Shown piece by piece: positions 11,141 through 21,844 of a stretch of 64,000 bases of DNA; position 1 is the first letter of the stretch, and every line of letters starts with the position of its first letter. This DNA is from Candidatus Daviesbacteria bacterium (GTDB lineage Bacteria > Patescibacteriota > Microgenomatia > Daviesbacterales > UBA10151). Under the pieces are notes generated by a model that was not told the origin of the DNA, ran no database searches, and saw only the letters and a list, made by a program, of their open reading frames with translations. Location of the stretch: the NCBI GenBank assembly GCA_016183305.1, contig JACPEW010000011.1, forward strand, positions 2,020 to 66,019, in the 5' to 3' direction. A program made the position numbers and the translations under genes.

Positions 11141-11547
11141 TAGGAAGAGTTACTTCAACAAGAATGAATACAACAGTTACAGTTTTAGTAGAAAGGGTTG
11201 CTATGCATCCTTTATACAAAAAGACTTATCTGCAAAGTAAGAAATATTTAGTAGATGCTCCTATGGAATTAAAAGAAGGAGACATGGTAGAGATTATAAA
11301 AGTCAGGCCAATTTCTAAGAATAAACATTGGAGGGTTGCGGAAGTAATTGGCAGGAATTTAGCAGAAATTACAGAAGAGCATTTAAAAGCTGAGGCTGAA
11401 AAAGTCATTTCAGAAGTGATGCCAGAGGAAAAGGAAGAGCTAAAAACTATTCGAGAGCCTCAGGTTGAAGAAGGCAAGAAAGCACAAAGAGTTGTAGAAG
11501 ATTCTACAAAGAAGTCTAAAACAACAAAGAAAGGGAAGGATAAATAA
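11137..11547 (+). CDS. rpsQ: 30S ribosomal protein S17 (C-terminal extension)
   Basis: [15 protein letters not shown]. Confidence 0.97.
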   Translation: MIGRVTSTRMNTTVTVLVERVAMHPLYKKTYLQSKKYLVDAPMELKEGDMVEIIKVRPISKNKHWRVAEVIGRNLAEITEEHLKAEAEKVISEVMPEEKEELKTIREPQVEEGKKAQRVVEDSTKKSKTTKKGKDK

Positions 11548-11549
11548 AA

Positions 11550-11918
11550 ATGGTACAACACAGAACAATGTTAACAGTTGCAGATAACAGTGGAGCAAAA
11601 GTGCTTCAGGTAATTCAGCCTTTGGGCGGTTCAGGCAAAAGAAAAGCTACCTTAGGTCAGATAGTAGTAGGGGTTGTTAAAGGAGCAGATCCTAATGGTC
11701 AGGTTAAAGATCATGAAATAGTCAAAGTAGTGATAGTTAGAACTAAAAAAGAATTTAGGAGAGAAGACGGTTCTTATATCAAATTTGATGATAATGCAGG
11801 AGTGGTTATCGATAATGATAAGAATTTGCGCTCAACCCGTATTTTTGGACCTATTGCTAGAGAAGTTAGGGAAGCTGGATTTACTAAGATAGTTTCACTG
11901 GCCCAGGAGGTATGGTAA
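11550..11918 (+). CDS. rplN: 50S ribosomal protein L14
   Basis: [25 protein letters not shown]. Confidence 0.99.
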   Translation: MVQHRTMLTVADNSGAKVLQVIQPLGGSGKRKATLGQIVVGVVKGADPNGQVKDHEIVKVVIVRTKKEFRREDGSYIKFDDNAGVVIDNDKNLRSTRIFGPIAREVREAGFTKIVSLAQEVW

Positions 11919-11947
11919 TCGGACTGAAGATAAAAACAATTAAAATT

Positions 11948-12298
11948 ATGAAAATTAAAAAAGGTGATAAAGTAAAAATATTATTAGGGAAAGATCAAGG
12001 CAAGGAGGGCAAAGTAGAGTTGGTTTTAGGTAAAGACAAAAAAGTTTTTGTTGGTGGTGCAAACCTTTATAAAAGACATGTTAGAAAACAAGATGATATG
12101 CAAGGTGGAATTATTGAGCTACCCAAACCTTTAGATATTTCTAATGTAGCCTTGATTTGTCCTAACTGTAATAAAGTAACCAGGGTAGGTTATAGTATAC
12201 AAGGTAATGAGAAAGCAAGCTTGTCCCGAAAGAATCGGGATAAAATTAGAGTTTGTAAAAAATGCAAAAAGGAGATTAAAACTGATGCAAAGGCTTAA
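11948..12298 (+). CDS. rplX: 50S ribosomal protein L24
   Basis: MKIKKGDKV..GKDQGKEG, ISNVAL; start moved to ATG 11948. Confidence 0.97.
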   Translation: MKIKKGDKVKILLGKDQGKEGKVELVLGKDKKVFVGGANLYKRHVRKQDDMQGGIIELPKPLDISNVALICPNCNKVTRVGYSIQGNEKASLSRKNRDKIRVCKKCKKEIKTDAKA

Positions 12299-12824
12299 AC
12301 AAAAGTATACACAAGAACTAAGAGCAAAATTGCAGCAAGAGCTAGGTTTAAAAAATGCCTTAGCTGTCCCTGGCGTGAAGAAAATTGTTATTAGTATTGG
12401 ATTGGGTGAAGCTAAAGAAAATAGTGGTATTTTGGATAAAGTTAAAGTTTATGTGTCAATGCTTGCAGGCCAAGCGCCAGTAATAACTTTGGCAAAAAAA
12501 TCTATTGCTTCCTTTAAAGTAGCAAAAGGTCAACCAATCGGGATGATGGTAACGCTACGGGGTGATAAAATGTATGCTTTCTTAGATAAACTGGTAAATA
12601 TTGTTTTGCCTAAAGTCAGGGATTTTAGAGGAATTTCAGCGGACTCTTTTGATAGTTTTGGCAATTTAAATATTGGTTTGAAAGAGCAGACTATTTTTCC
12701 AGAAGTGGATTATAAAAGCATTGATAAGACCAGGGGCTTGGCTGTCACAATAACGACCAGCGCTAGAAACAAAGAAGAGGGTAAAAAATTATTAGAGTAT
12801 TTAGGAATGCCTTTTAGGATCTAA
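12285..12824 (+). CDS. rplE: 50S ribosomal protein L5
   Basis: [24 protein letters not shown]; start ATG 12285. Confidence 0.98.
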   Translation: MQRLKQKYTQELRAKLQQELGLKNALAVPGVKKIVISIGLGEAKENSGILDKVKVYVSMLAGQAPVITLAKKSIASFKVAKGQPIGMMVTLRGDKMYAFLDKLVNIVLPKVRDFRGISADSFDSFGNLNIGLKEQTIFPEVDYKSIDKTRGLAVTITTSARNKEEGKKLLEYLGMPFRI

Positions 12825-12825
12825 T

Positions 12826-13005
12826 ATGGCAAAAGTAAGCAATATTGTTAAAAAGGAATTTAAATATGAAGTACAAAAAAGAAACCGTTGTATCAGGTGT
12901 GGCAGATCGCGTGGTTATATTAGAAAATTCGGCTTATGCAGACTTTGTTTTAGAGAATTAGCGCACTTGGGTTTATTGCCAGGTGTGAAGAAAGCGAGTT
13001 GGTAA
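12826..13005 (+). CDS. rpsN: 30S ribosomal protein S14 type Z (not in ORF track)
   Basis: Translated by hand: MAKVS...[39 protein letters not shown]. Confidence 0.97.
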   Translation: MAKVSNIVKKEFKYEVQKRNRCIRCGRSRGYIRKFGLCRLCFRELAHLGLLPGVKKASW

Positions 13006-13006
13006 T

Positions 13007-13381
13007 ATGGATCCTGTTGGAGATGCATTAATTAGAATTAAAAATGGTTATCAAGTTGGTAAATTATCAGTTGAGATAAAATACTCTAAACTGATCTGGA
13101 AGTTATTAAAGCTTTTGCAAAAAGAGGATTATTTGACTGATGTGGCGCAAAAGGATAATGGAATAATAGCTACTCTGAAGTATAACTCTAGAATAGCTGC
13201 CATAACTGATGTAAAAAGAGTTTCTAAGCCTTCGTTAAGAATATATAAAGGCGTTAAAGAGTTGCCTAAGGTGTTAAATGGATTAGGTATTGCAATTATC
13301 TCAACGCCTAAAGGTTTAATGACAAACAAACAAGCGCTTAAAGAAAGAGTAGGAGGAGAGGTATTAGCATTAGTCTGGTAG
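13007..13381 (+). CDS. rpsH: 30S ribosomal protein S8
   Basis: DPVGDALIRIKN, SKPSLRIY, GLGIAIISTPKG. Confidence 0.99.
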   Translation: MDPVGDALIRIKNGYQVGKLSVEIKYSKLIWKLLKLLQKEDYLTDVAQKDNGIIATLKYNSRIAAITDVKRVSKPSLRIYKGVKELPKVLNGLGIAIISTPKGLMTNKQALKERVGGEVLALVW

Positions 13382-13396
13382 ACTAACAAATTTAAT

Positions 13397-13963
13397 ATGA
13401 GTAGAGTTGGAAATTCGCCAATTTTAATACCTGCCGGTGTAACAGTAGAACAAGCTGGAAATACGGTAAAGGTGACAGGGCCAAAAGGTAATCTAAGCCT
13501 TAATATAGATCGGGCAATTGAGATAAAGATAGAGAGCAGGAAGATTAATGTTAAAAGAAATAGCGATCAAAAAAGAGTTAGATCTTTACATGGTTTAACA
13601 AGGAATTTAATTGCCAATATAGTGGCCGGGGTAAATAATTTATGGAGTAAAAAGTTAGAATTAGTGGGAGTAGGATTCAGAGCGCAATTGAATGGTAATA
13701 AACTTGTTTTAAATGTTGGTTATTCTCATTCAGTAGAGGTTACTGCTCCAGACGGAATAACTTTTGAGGTAACAGACAATACAAAAATTAAAGTATCTGG
13801 AGTAGATAAGGAATTAGTTGGTCAGACAGCAGCAAATATTAAAAAAGTTAGAGTGCCAGATGTATATAAAGGTAAAGGAATCAGATACGAGGGTGAATAT
13901 ATTAGAAAGAAAGTTGGAAAAAGCGCTAAAGTAGGCGCAACTGGGGCAGCAGGAGTAAAATAA
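13397..13963 (+). CDS. rplF: 50S ribosomal protein L6
   Basis: MSRVG, GVGFRA, PDVYKGKGIRY. Confidence 0.99.
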   Translation: MSRVGNSPILIPAGVTVEQAGNTVKVTGPKGNLSLNIDRAIEIKIESRKINVKRNSDQKRVRSLHGLTRNLIANIVAGVNNLWSKKLELVGVGFRAQLNGNKLVLNVGYSHSVEVTAPDGITFEVTDNTKIKVSGVDKELVGQTAANIKKVRVPDVYKGKGIRYEGEYIRKKVGKSAKVGATGAAGVK

Positions 13964-13967
13964 ACTT

Positions 13968-14303
13968 ATGAATAAAACATTAAGGATTAAAAAACATCAA
14001 AAAATCAGGAAAAGAGTAGTTGGGACCAAAGACCGTCCAAGGTTATCTGTGTATAAATCAAATCAGCATATTTTTACCCAAGCGGTTGATGATCAAACTG
14101 GTAAAACCTTAGTTTCAGTTAGTGATTTAAAAATGGATAAGATGCAAAAAGGGCAGAGGGCATATGAAGTTGGGAAAAAAGTAGCAGAAAGCTTGCTAAA
14201 ACTTAAAATTAAAAAAGTGGTATTTGACAGGGGAGGTTTTTTATATCATGGTAGGATAGCTATGGTAGGCAAAGGCGCTAGAGAAGGAGGTTTAGAATTC
14301 TAA
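13968..14303 (+). CDS. rplR: 50S ribosomal protein L18
   Basis: RPRLSVYKSN, VFDRGGFLYHGR. Confidence 0.99.
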   Translation: MNKTLRIKKHQKIRKRVVGTKDRPRLSVYKSNQHIFTQAVDDQTGKTLVSVSDLKMDKMQKGQRAYEVGKKVAESLLKLKIKKVVFDRGGFLYHGRIAMVGKGAREGGLEF

Positions 14304-14307
14304 GAAT

Positions 14308-14802
14308 ATGATGCAACCAAATAGAAGATTAAATAATAAAGAATCAAATAACCTGGAATCAGAGTTTTTTGAAAAAGTGGTGCAGGTTAACCGTGTTTCA
14401 AAAAAGACCAAAGGTGGAGATAAAAGATCATTATCTGTCCTGGTGGTAGTGGGAGATAAAAAAGGCCAAGTTGGAGTAGGGCTGGGCAAAGCTGCTGAAG
14501 TCCAAGCTGCAGTCAGAAAAGCTACCAGTTATGCTAAAAAACACTTAATTAAAGTTTCTTTAAAAGGAAGAACTATACCGCACTCAATCTTAGTCAAAAG
14601 TGGCGCAGCCAAAGTACTTCTAAAGCCTGCTCCAGTTGGTACTGGTGTTATTGCTGGAGGAGCAGTCAGGGTGGTGGCTGAGGCTGCAGGTATTCATGAT
14701 ATTGTTTCTAAGATCTTAGGCACTAAAAATCAAGCTTCTAATATCTATGCTACGCTAGAAGCATTAAGTAAATTAAAACATCTGAAAGAGGAAAAAGCAT
14801 GA
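14308..14802 (+). CDS. rpsE: 30S ribosomal protein S5
   Basis: RVSKKTKGG, GTGVIAGG. Confidence 0.99.
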   Translation: MMQPNRRLNNKESNNLESEFFEKVVQVNRVSKKTKGGDKRSLSVLVVVGDKKGQVGVGLGKAAEVQAAVRKATSYAKKHLIKVSLKGRTIPHSILVKSGAAKVLLKPAPVGTGVIAGGAVRVVAEAAGIHDIVSKILGTKNQASNIYATLEALSKLKHLKEEKA

Positions 14803-15233
14803 AAATACATCAATTGTTAAAAGTTACAGCAAGATCTAAAAAAAGGCTTGGCCAGGGAGTAGGTTCTGGAAAAGGTAAAACTGCAGGTAGAGGCACCAAA
14901 GGCCAGAAAGCGCGGGGTAAAATCCCAGTTGGTTTTACCGGCAGCCTGCCTCTTTATAAAAAATTGCCTTTAAGACGGGGTAAAGGTAATCCAAAAGTAC
15001 AAGCTAAGCCAAAATTACTCAGTCTTAGTCAATTAAATACATTTAAGGCTAATTTGGTTGTAGATATTGCAAAGCTTTTAGAGGCAAAAATCGTTTCCGA
15101 TAAGGATGCTAAAAATGGTATTAAGGTATTAGGCAATGGGGAAATTAAGACTGCTTTAACTGTTAACCTTCTAACATCAAATGCTGCCCGGGTAAAAATT
15201 GAGAAAGCAGGCGGGAAAGTAGGGAATGTCTAA
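14799..15233 (+). CDS. rplO: 50S ribosomal protein L15
   Basis: [18 protein letters not shown]; overlaps rpsE, leaving no room for rpmD. Confidence 0.98.
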   Translation: MKIHQLLKVTARSKKRLGQGVGSGKGKTAGRGTKGQKARGKIPVGFTGSLPLYKKLPLRRGKGNPKVQAKPKLLSLSQLNTFKANLVVDIAKLLEAKIVSDKDAKNGIKVLGNGEIKTALTVNLLTSNAARVKIEKAGGKVGNV

Positions 15234-16518
15234 TATACTGGCCCCAATTTTTAATGCCTTTAAGATTCCTGATTTAAGAAGAAAAATCATTATCACAGTT
15301 ATTTTAGTTATAATTTTTAGGATAGCTGCGCATATTCCTGTATCTGGTATAGATTTAACTGGCCTTCAACAGCTTTTTGCCTCCAATCAATTTTTAGGCC
15401 TTCTTGATATTTTCTCAGGTGGAACTTTGGCTAACTTTTCAGTAATTTCATTAGGACTTAATCCATATATTAATGCCTCAATTATCTTTCAGCTTCTAAC
15501 CATGATTAGTCCTAAACTGGAAGCATTATCTAAAGAAGGTGAGATGGGCAGACAAATGATTAATCAGTATACTAGGTATTTGACTGTGCCTCTTGCTATT
15601 TTACAAGCAATTGGAATGTTTGTGCTGCTGAAAAACCAGGGCATAATTAATGTTATTAGTCCTCTTCAGATTGCTTCAATTATTATTGGAATGACAACAG
15701 GAACAATTTTCTTGATGTGGATTGGAGAACTTATTACAGAATATGGTATTGGAAATGGAATATCTCTTTTGATTTTTGCTGGAATTGTTTCTAGGGTACC
15801 TATTGTTTTAACCCAAACTGCCTCGATTGTGGACCAGACACAAGTAATTAATATTTTAATATTTATTGTTTTGGGAACTTTGACAGTAGCAGGAGTGGTA
15901 TTTATTAATGAAGGCAGAAGACAAATTACAGTCTCCTATGCCAGAAGGTTTGTAAGCGGTAGAAATGGCGGAACAGGAGCTCAGACTTATTTGCCGCTGC
16001 GGGTTAATCAAGCAGGAGTTATCCCTATTATTTTTGCTGTGTCTTTAGTATTGGTTCCATCTTTTGCAGGATCGTATTTAGCAAGCCTTCCCAATCCCCA
16101 ACTTTCTTCTTTGGGTCAAACTTTAGCTGCTAACTTTAACCCTGGAAGTGTAGTATATAATTTAGTTTACTTTTTGTTAGTAGTAGGGTTCACCTTTTTC
16201 TATACTGCAATAATTTTTAACCCTACAAAAGTAGCAGATGAGATAAAAAAATATGGCGGTTTTATCCCTGGGATTAGGCCAGGTACGCAAACAGCTGCTT
16301 TTTTAAACTATATTATGGTTAGGATTACTTTAGCAGGCGCATTATTCTTAGGCTCAATTGCAGTTTTGCCTTCATTGGCTTCGTCTGTTACTGGAATCCA
16401 AACTTTAGTATTAGGAGGAACAGGATTACTGATCGTAGTCTCGGTAATATTAGATACAGCTAAACAATTTGAGAGCAAATTAATTGAGAGAAGCTATGAG
16501 GTGTTTGCCAAAAGATGA
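15226..16518 (+). CDS. secY: preprotein translocase SecY
   Basis: [36 protein letters not shown]. Confidence 0.99.
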   Translation: MSNILAPIFNAFKIPDLRRKIIITVILVIIFRIAAHIPVSGIDLTGLQQLFASNQFLGLLDIFSGGTLANFSVISLGLNPYINASIIFQLLTMISPKLEALSKEGEMGRQMINQYTRYLTVPLAILQAIGMFVLLKNQGIINVISPLQIASIIIGMTTGTIFLMWIGELITEYGIGNGISLLIFAGIVSRVPIVLTQTASIVDQTQVINILIFIVLGTLTVAGVVFINEGRRQITVSYARRFVSGRNGGTGAQTYLPLRVNQAGVIPIIFAVSLVLVPSFAGSYLASLPNPQLSSLGQTLAANFNPGSVVYNLVYFLLVVGFTFFYTAIIFNPTKVADEIKKYGGFIPGIRPGTQTAAFLNYIMVRITLAGALFLGSIAVLPSLASSVTGIQTLVLGGTGLLIVVSVILDTAKQFESKLIERSYEVFAKR

Positions 16519-17039
16519 AAATAGCGTTAATTGGTCCACAAGGATCCGGGAAATCAACTCAGGCAGAACTGCTGGCCAAGGATTTAAATTTGCCTAAGAT
16601 TACTGTAGGGGATATTTTCCGCCAAATTGCCAGTGAAGATTCTGAAGAAGGAAGAAGAATTAATCAAATTTTAAGCGCTGGCCAGTTGGTTGATGACCAA
16701 ACAACAGCAAGCATGGTTAAAAAAAGGTTGGAGAAGGATGATGTAAATGGTGGTTTTATTATGGATGGTTATCCTAGAACTATTGAACAACAAAATATAT
16801 TTAACCCAAATTTTGATAAAGCGGTTTATTTAAATGTTCCTAAAGAAGAGGTGGTTAGCAGGTTGCTGCAAAGAGGCAGAGTTGATGATACTAAAGAGCT
16901 TATAAATAAACGTCTGGATCTATACTATCAACAGACTCAGCTATTACTGGATTATTACAGAAAACAAGGTATTTTGATAGAAGTAGACGGGTTAGGTAAT
17001 ATACAAAGGATTCAAGGTGAAATCAAGAAATCAATATGA
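16515..17039 (+). CDS. adk: adenylate kinase (short, LID-less form)
   Basis: [22 protein letters not shown]. Confidence 0.95.
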   Translation: MKIALIGPQGSGKSTQAELLAKDLNLPKITVGDIFRQIASEDSEEGRRINQILSAGQLVDDQTTASMVKKRLEKDDVNGGFIMDGYPRTIEQQNIFNPNFDKAVYLNVPKEEVVSRLLQRGRVDDTKELINKRLDLYYQQTQLLLDYYRKQGILIEVDGLGNIQRIQGEIKKSI

Positions 17040-17766
17040 ATTGAACTTGATGAGAAAGTCAGGTAAAATAGCAGCCTCAGCTTTAGCTAGGTCTTTGGAA
17101 AATATTAAGCCCGGGGTAGTTGAGTTGGAAGTTGATAAAATAGCAGAAAGAGAGATTTATAAATTAGGAGGAGATTTATCTTACAAAACTGTTCCCGGTT
17201 ATAAATATGCAACTTGTATTACGGTAAATGAGGAAGTAGTGCATGGGATCCCGACAGACAGGGAATTTATTAAAAATGATTTAGTTAGCGTAGATTTGGC
17301 AGTAATGTATAAAGGCTGGCATACAGATTGCGCCTGGACTAAATTAATAGGAAAAGATAGAGAAAAGGAAAAATTTCTGCAAATTGGAGAACAGGCTTTA
17401 TGGGAAGCAACAGGTCAGGCAATGGCAGGAAATAGAATAGGTGATATTTCTGCTGCGATTCAAAAAAGAGTAGAGGGTGCTGGTTATAATGTCGTAAGAA
17501 GTTTGGTTGGTCATGGTGTGGGCAGGTCCTTGCATGAGAATCCGCAAATACCAGGGGTGGGAGCAGCAGGAAGAGGAATGGTTTTAAAAGAAGGTATGAC
17601 ACTGGCAATTGAAGTAATCTATACTAGAGGAAGGGAAGAAGTAGTTTTAGGCAGCGATGGTTGGACTTTTAAAACAGCTGACGGGTCATGGGGAGGACTT
17701 TTTGAGATGACAGTTATTGTGGGAAGCAAGCAAGCTGAAGTTTTAACAGATTGGAGAAAAGTATAA
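17017..17766 (+). CDS. map: methionine aminopeptidase type I
   Basis: VNEEVVHGIP, GHGVG..LHE.P, LAIE. Confidence 0.97.
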   Translation: MKSRNQYELNLMRKSGKIAASALARSLENIKPGVVELEVDKIAEREIYKLGGDLSYKTVPGYKYATCITVNEEVVHGIPTDREFIKNDLVSVDLAVMYKGWHTDCAWTKLIGKDREKEKFLQIGEQALWEATGQAMAGNRIGDISAAIQKRVEGAGYNVVRSLVGHGVGRSLHENPQIPGVGAAGRGMVLKEGMTLAIEVIYTRGREEVVLGSDGWTFKTADGSWGGLFEMTVIVGSKQAEVLTDWRKV

Positions 17767-17821
17767 TGCCACTATGGGTTGTATTTTAAAAGCTAATTTG
17801 TTAAAATAATCAAACATCAAA

Positions 17822-18073
17822 ATGGTTCAAAATACTAAAGGTGTTATTGAGGTAGAGGGCAAAGTTAAAGAAGTATTACCCAATACTTTATTCAAGGTAG
17901 AGATTGATAGAAGTGTTGAGCTGCCTGAGCTTTTGGGGCGGGTAATCTTATGCCATATTTCTGGTAAGATGAGAATGCATTATATCAGGCTTTTGGAAGG
18001 TGATAGGGTTAAAATAGAAATGAGTCCAAAATATGATTTGGATAAAGGAAGAATTACATTTAGGCTAAAATAA
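17822..18073 (+). CDS. infA: translation initiation factor IF-1
   Basis: [23 protein letters not shown]. Confidence 0.98.
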   Translation: MVQNTKGVIEVEGKVKEVLPNTLFKVEIDRSVELPELLGRVILCHISGKMRMHYIRLLEGDRVKIEMSPKYDLDKGRITFRLK

Positions 18074-18115
18074 TATAACAGTTATAACAATTATAATTAT
18101 TATAAATATTATACT

Positions 18116-18232
18116 ATGAAAGTTCAGGTATCAATTAAAGCAAGGTGTAAATTTTGTAAAATCGTTAAACGCGGGAGTATGCTTTATGTGATTTGTTCCC
18201 GGGATCCAAGGCATAAACAAAGACAAGGATAA
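18116..18232 (+). CDS. rpmJ: 50S ribosomal protein L36 (not in ORF track)
   Basis: [38 protein letters not shown]. Confidence 0.97.
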   Translation: MKVQVSIKARCKFCKIVKRGSMLYVICSRDPRHKQRQG

Positions 18233-18237
18233 AAACT

Positions 18238-18654
18238 ATGGCAAGAATTGCAGGAGTAGATTTACCAGAAAATAAAAGAGTAGATATTGGTTTAACTTAT
18301 ATATATGGTATAGGCAGATCTAATGTGGCAAGAGTTATTGAGGATACTAAAGTAGCACCAGATAAAAGGATAAAGGATTTAACAGAGGATGAGATTAATA
18401 AAATACAAAAATCAGTTGAACAATTTAAAGTAGAAGGGGACTTAAGACAACAGATAGAACAGGATATTAAAAGATTAGAAGAAATCGGCAGCTACAGAGG
18501 TTTAAGACACAAAAAAGGCTTGCCAGCAAGAGGCCAAAGAACCAGAAGCAATGCCAGAACCAAACGCGGTAAAAGAAAGACTGTTGGAACTGTTAGAAAA
18601 GAGGTTGTTGCAAAAACAGGAGGCCCAGTAACAGGGGCAAGTAAAGGAGCATAA
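18238..18654 (+). CDS. rpsM: 30S ribosomal protein S13
   Basis: [28 protein letters not shown]. Confidence 0.99.
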   Translation: MARIAGVDLPENKRVDIGLTYIYGIGRSNVARVIEDTKVAPDKRIKDLTEDEINKIQKSVEQFKVEGDLRQQIEQDIKRLEEIGSYRGLRHKKGLPARGQRTRSNARTKRGKRKTVGTVRKEVVAKTGGPVTGASKGA

Positions 18655-19058
18655 TGGCAAAAAGACAAATTACATCTAAAACAACTAAATCAGTAAAAAA
18701 AGTAGAAAAAAAAGTTAACAGCGGTAGAGTATATGTGACTGCCACTTTTAACAATACTTTAGTTACTTTAACAGATACTTCAGGCAATACTTTGGCATGG
18801 GGTACTTCTGGGACAGCAGGCTTTAAAGGCGCTAGAAGAGCAACCCCGTTTGCAGCTATTTCTGCTATGGAAAAATTATCCCAAAAAGCTAAAGAAGTTG
18901 GAATGAGCGCAGTCGAGGTTTATATCAAAGGTCCAGGATCAGGCAGGGATGCTACAATCAAAGCTTTAAGAAGCGCTGGTATTAATATTACTATGATAGC
19001 TGATGTCACGCCGATTCCACATAATGGTCCCAGGCCGAAGAAAAGGAGAAGAGTCTAA
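18654..19058 (+). CDS. rpsK: 30S ribosomal protein S11
   Basis: ATFNNT, GPGSGR, DVTPIPHNG. Confidence 0.99.
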   Translation: MAKRQITSKTTKSVKKVEKKVNSGRVYVTATFNNTLVTLTDTSGNTLAWGTSGTAGFKGARRATPFAAISAMEKLSQKAKEVGMSAVEVYIKGPGSGRDATIKALRSAGINITMIADVTPIPHNGPRPKKRRRV

Positions 19059-19660
19059 TGGCGCGTTATACTGGTCCAAAAAGAAGATTATCAAGAAGAG
19101 AAGGAATAGCTTTGTTTGCCAAAGACGCGAAAGCTTTGGAGAAAAAAGGGGCAATACCTCCAGGTCAACATGGGTTAAGTAGAAGACGCAGAATATCAGA
19201 ATATGGTGTGCAGTTGCGGGAAAAACAAAAAGCTAAAAGAATTTTTGGTATTTTAGAAAAACAATTTAAACGATATTTTGATGAGGCTAGCAAAGTTAAA
19301 GGCGCAACAGGACTAGCTTTACTTCAAACTTTAGAAACAAGGTTAGATAATGTAGTATACAGGCTTGGCTTTGCTAAAAGTAGAAATGCTGCCAGACAAC
19401 TAGTCAGCCATGGTCATATTAAAGTAGAGGACAAAAAAGTGACTATTCCTTCATTTAAAGTGAGTATAAATCAAACTATTGCAATCTCAGACAAATTGAG
19501 AGATAATGCACAGGTTAAAAAGAGCTTAGAGGATGGAACGGCCTTGCCAGAGTGGCTTGATAGAAAAGCTACAGTTGGCAAGGTTTTAAGAATTCCAGGG
19601 CGTGAGGAGATGGAACAATCAGTTAATGAACAGTTGATTGTTGAGTATTACTCCCGTTAA
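19058..19660 (+). CDS. rpsD: 30S ribosomal protein S4
   Basis: MARYTGP, QLREKQK, LETRLDNVVYRLG. Confidence 0.99.
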   Translation: MARYTGPKRRLSRREGIALFAKDAKALEKKGAIPPGQHGLSRRRRISEYGVQLREKQKAKRIFGILEKQFKRYFDEASKVKGATGLALLQTLETRLDNVVYRLGFAKSRNAARQLVSHGHIKVEDKKVTIPSFKVSINQTIAISDKLRDNAQVKKSLEDGTALPEWLDRKATVGKVLRIPGREEMEQSVNEQLIVEYYSR

Positions 19661-19677
19661 AAGATATAATTAAAAAT

Positions 19678-20583
19678 ATGTTTAAAGTTAAAACTGAAAG
19701 TGAAAAAGAAAATTTTGCAAGAGTAACCATTGAACCTCTTGAAGCGGGGTTTGGCCATACTTTAGGCAATAGTTTAAGAAGAGTGCTATTAACCTCTTTG
19801 CCTGGCGCTGCTGTAACTTCAGTTAAGGTTGATGGAGTATCCCACAGGTTCTCAGTGATAGACGGAATCTTGGAAGATGTTATTGAGATTATTTTAAATA
19901 TCAAAAAGATACGTTTAAATGTTCATTCTGATCAACCAATTAAACTCAGAGTTAAGGCAACTGGAAAAAGAGAAGTTAAAGCTAAAGATTTAGAGATTGA
20001 GGGAGATGGAGAAATTGTTAACCCAGAGCAACATATTGCTACCTTAACTGATGCAAAGTCCAAATTTAATATTGAAATGGAGGCTTCCCAAGGAAAAGGT
20101 TATTCTGTTTCGGACGACAGAAAAACTGATGAGCTAGGTGTAATCTCTATTGATGCTTTATTCACCCCTGTTGTAGCAGTAAATTATAGCGTTGAACCAA
20201 CCCGTGTTGGAAGAAGAACAGATTTTGATAAATTGGTTCTAGATGTGACAACTGATGGAACAATTTTACCTTTGAATGCTGTGAATTTAGCAGCTAGAAT
20301 TTTATCCGATACTTTTCATAAAGTTTATGAACCTGTGGTAGAGGAAGAGGTAAAAGAAGATTCTTCTAAGATTTCTGAGGAAGTATTAAAGTTAACAATT
20401 GAAGAATTGGATTTACCGGTTAGAATTACTAATGCTTTAAAGGCTATAGAAATAAATACAATTGAGGATTTAATCAATACCCCAAGATCTCAGCTTTTAA
20501 AAGCCAAAAATTTAGGAGCTAAATCTATTCATTTAATATCAGAAAAGTTAACTGAGAGGGGGCTTACTCTCCGTGAGGCATAG
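19678..20583 (+). CDS. rpoA: RNA polymerase alpha subunit
   Basis: EPLEAGFGHTLGNSLRRVLL, alpha-CTD NLGAKS. Confidence 0.99.
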   Translation: MFKVKTESEKENFARVTIEPLEAGFGHTLGNSLRRVLLTSLPGAAVTSVKVDGVSHRFSVIDGILEDVIEIILNIKKIRLNVHSDQPIKLRVKATGKREVKAKDLEIEGDGEIVNPEQHIATLTDAKSKFNIEMEASQGKGYSVSDDRKTDELGVISIDALFTPVVAVNYSVEPTRVGRRTDFDKLVLDVTTDGTILPLNAVNLAARILSDTFHKVYEPVVEEEVKEDSSKISEEVLKLTIEELDLPVRITNALKAIEINTIEDLINTPRSQLLKAKNLGAKSIHLISEKLTERGLTLREA

Positions 20584-21007
20584 AGTTTATGGCAAACACC
20601 TTGGAAGAAATAAAAACGAACGTCAAAACCTCTTTAAAGGGTTAGTTTATTCCCTATTTCAAACTGGAACTATTCAAACTTCAGAAGCAAAAGCCAAAGC
20701 AATAAAACCCTTAATTGATAAAGTGGTAAATCTGGCAAAGCATAAGCAGGCAGAAGATCAACTTAAATCTTTTTTAACAGATAAAAATTTAAGAGAAAGA
20801 TTAATTAAAGAGATTGTACCAAAGTTAGGTACTAGGACATCCGGTTATGCTAAGTTTGTTAGAATGGGTACAAGGGAAGGCGATCAAACAACTATGATAA
20901 AAATAAGCTTAATTGGCGCTGAGCAATTACAACCAATTTTGCAGCCAAAACAAGTTAGGGAAACTTCGCAAGTATCTGCTGTTAAAAAGGGAGGAAAGAA
21001 GTCCTAG
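20573..21007 (+). CDS. rplQ: 50S ribosomal protein L17
   Basis: MRHR..LGR, IQTSEAKAK, RTSGY. Confidence 0.98.
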   Translation: MRHRVYGKHLGRNKNERQNLFKGLVYSLFQTGTIQTSEAKAKAIKPLIDKVVNLAKHKQAEDQLKSFLTDKNLRERLIKEIVPKLGTRTSGYAKFVRMGTREGDQTTMIKISLIGAEQLQPILQPKQVRETSQVSAVKKGGKKS

Positions 21008-21038
21008 ACCCTAGATTCTAGTGGCTAGTCACTAACAA

Positions 21039-21446
21039 ATGTCAACTAATGTGGTATCAGCAAAAAATATTAAAAGACAAATTCATAATATTGATGCTAG
21101 TGGAAAAGTATTGGGAAGGTTAGCTGGAGAGGTGGCAACTCTTTTGATGGGGAAAAATAAACCAGGATTTGTTCCCTATTTAGATACAGGTGATTTTGTA
21201 GTGGTAACAAATGCTAGCAAGGTTAAAGTTACAGGCAAGAAGGTAAAAAATAAAACTTATACTAGACATTCAGGTTATCCTGGGGGGCTTAAAGTGGAAA
21301 CCTTTGACAAGATGATCATAAAAAAGCCGGACTATGTAGTTGAGCATGCAGTTAAAGGGATGCTGCCTCATAATAGATTAGGTAATCAAATGATCAAAAA
21401 ATTAAAGGTTTTTGCTGGAGAGGATAAAACCAATGAATCCAAATAG
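21039..21446 (+). CDS. rplM: 50S ribosomal protein L13
   Basis: [29 protein letters not shown]. Confidence 0.99.
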   Translation: MSTNVVSAKNIKRQIHNIDASGKVLGRLAGEVATLLMGKNKPGFVPYLDTGDFVVVTNASKVKVTGKKVKNKTYTRHSGYPGGLKVETFDKMIIKKPDYVVEHAVKGMLPHNRLGNQMIKKLKVFAGEDKTNESK

Positions 21447-21843
21447 TAGTAAAAATGGAGTAGTATCAGTGGTTGGTAGAAAAAAAGAAGCGGCAGCCAG
21501 AGTGAGATTAAGTTCTGGTAATGGTCAGATTACTGTTAATGGTAAACCTGTTGCAGAATATTTCCGGGGACCAATGTTGCAAAAAATTTATTCCAGACCT
21601 TTAGAGATTACTAAGACGGCAGGAAAGTATTTGATTTCAATAAAAGTGGTGGGTGGAGGGCAAGTTTCACAGCTTGGAGCAGCTATTCATGGAATAGCAA
21701 GAGCTATAGCTAAGACAGAGCCAGCATTAAGAACTATCTTAAAAAAAGAAGGATATCTGACCCGGGATCCCAGGGCGAAGGAAAGAAGAAAATATGGTAA
21801 TGCCCAAAAAGCCAGAGCAAAAAAACAATCCCCAAAAAGATAA
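21433..21843 (+). CDS. rpsI: 30S ribosomal protein S9
   Basis: [32 protein letters not shown]. Confidence 0.99.
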   Translation: MNPNSSKNGVVSVVGRKKEAAARVRLSSGNGQITVNGKPVAEYFRGPMLQKIYSRPLEITKTAGKYLISIKVVGGGQVSQLGAAIHGIARAIAKTEPALRTILKKEGYLTRDPRAKERRKYGNAQKARAKKQSPKR

Positions 21844-21844
21844 T

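Noticed and set aside
14799..14802. Missing rpmD (L30) as a novelty
   Set aside because: Established trait of CPR bacteria; used only as a taxonomic hint.
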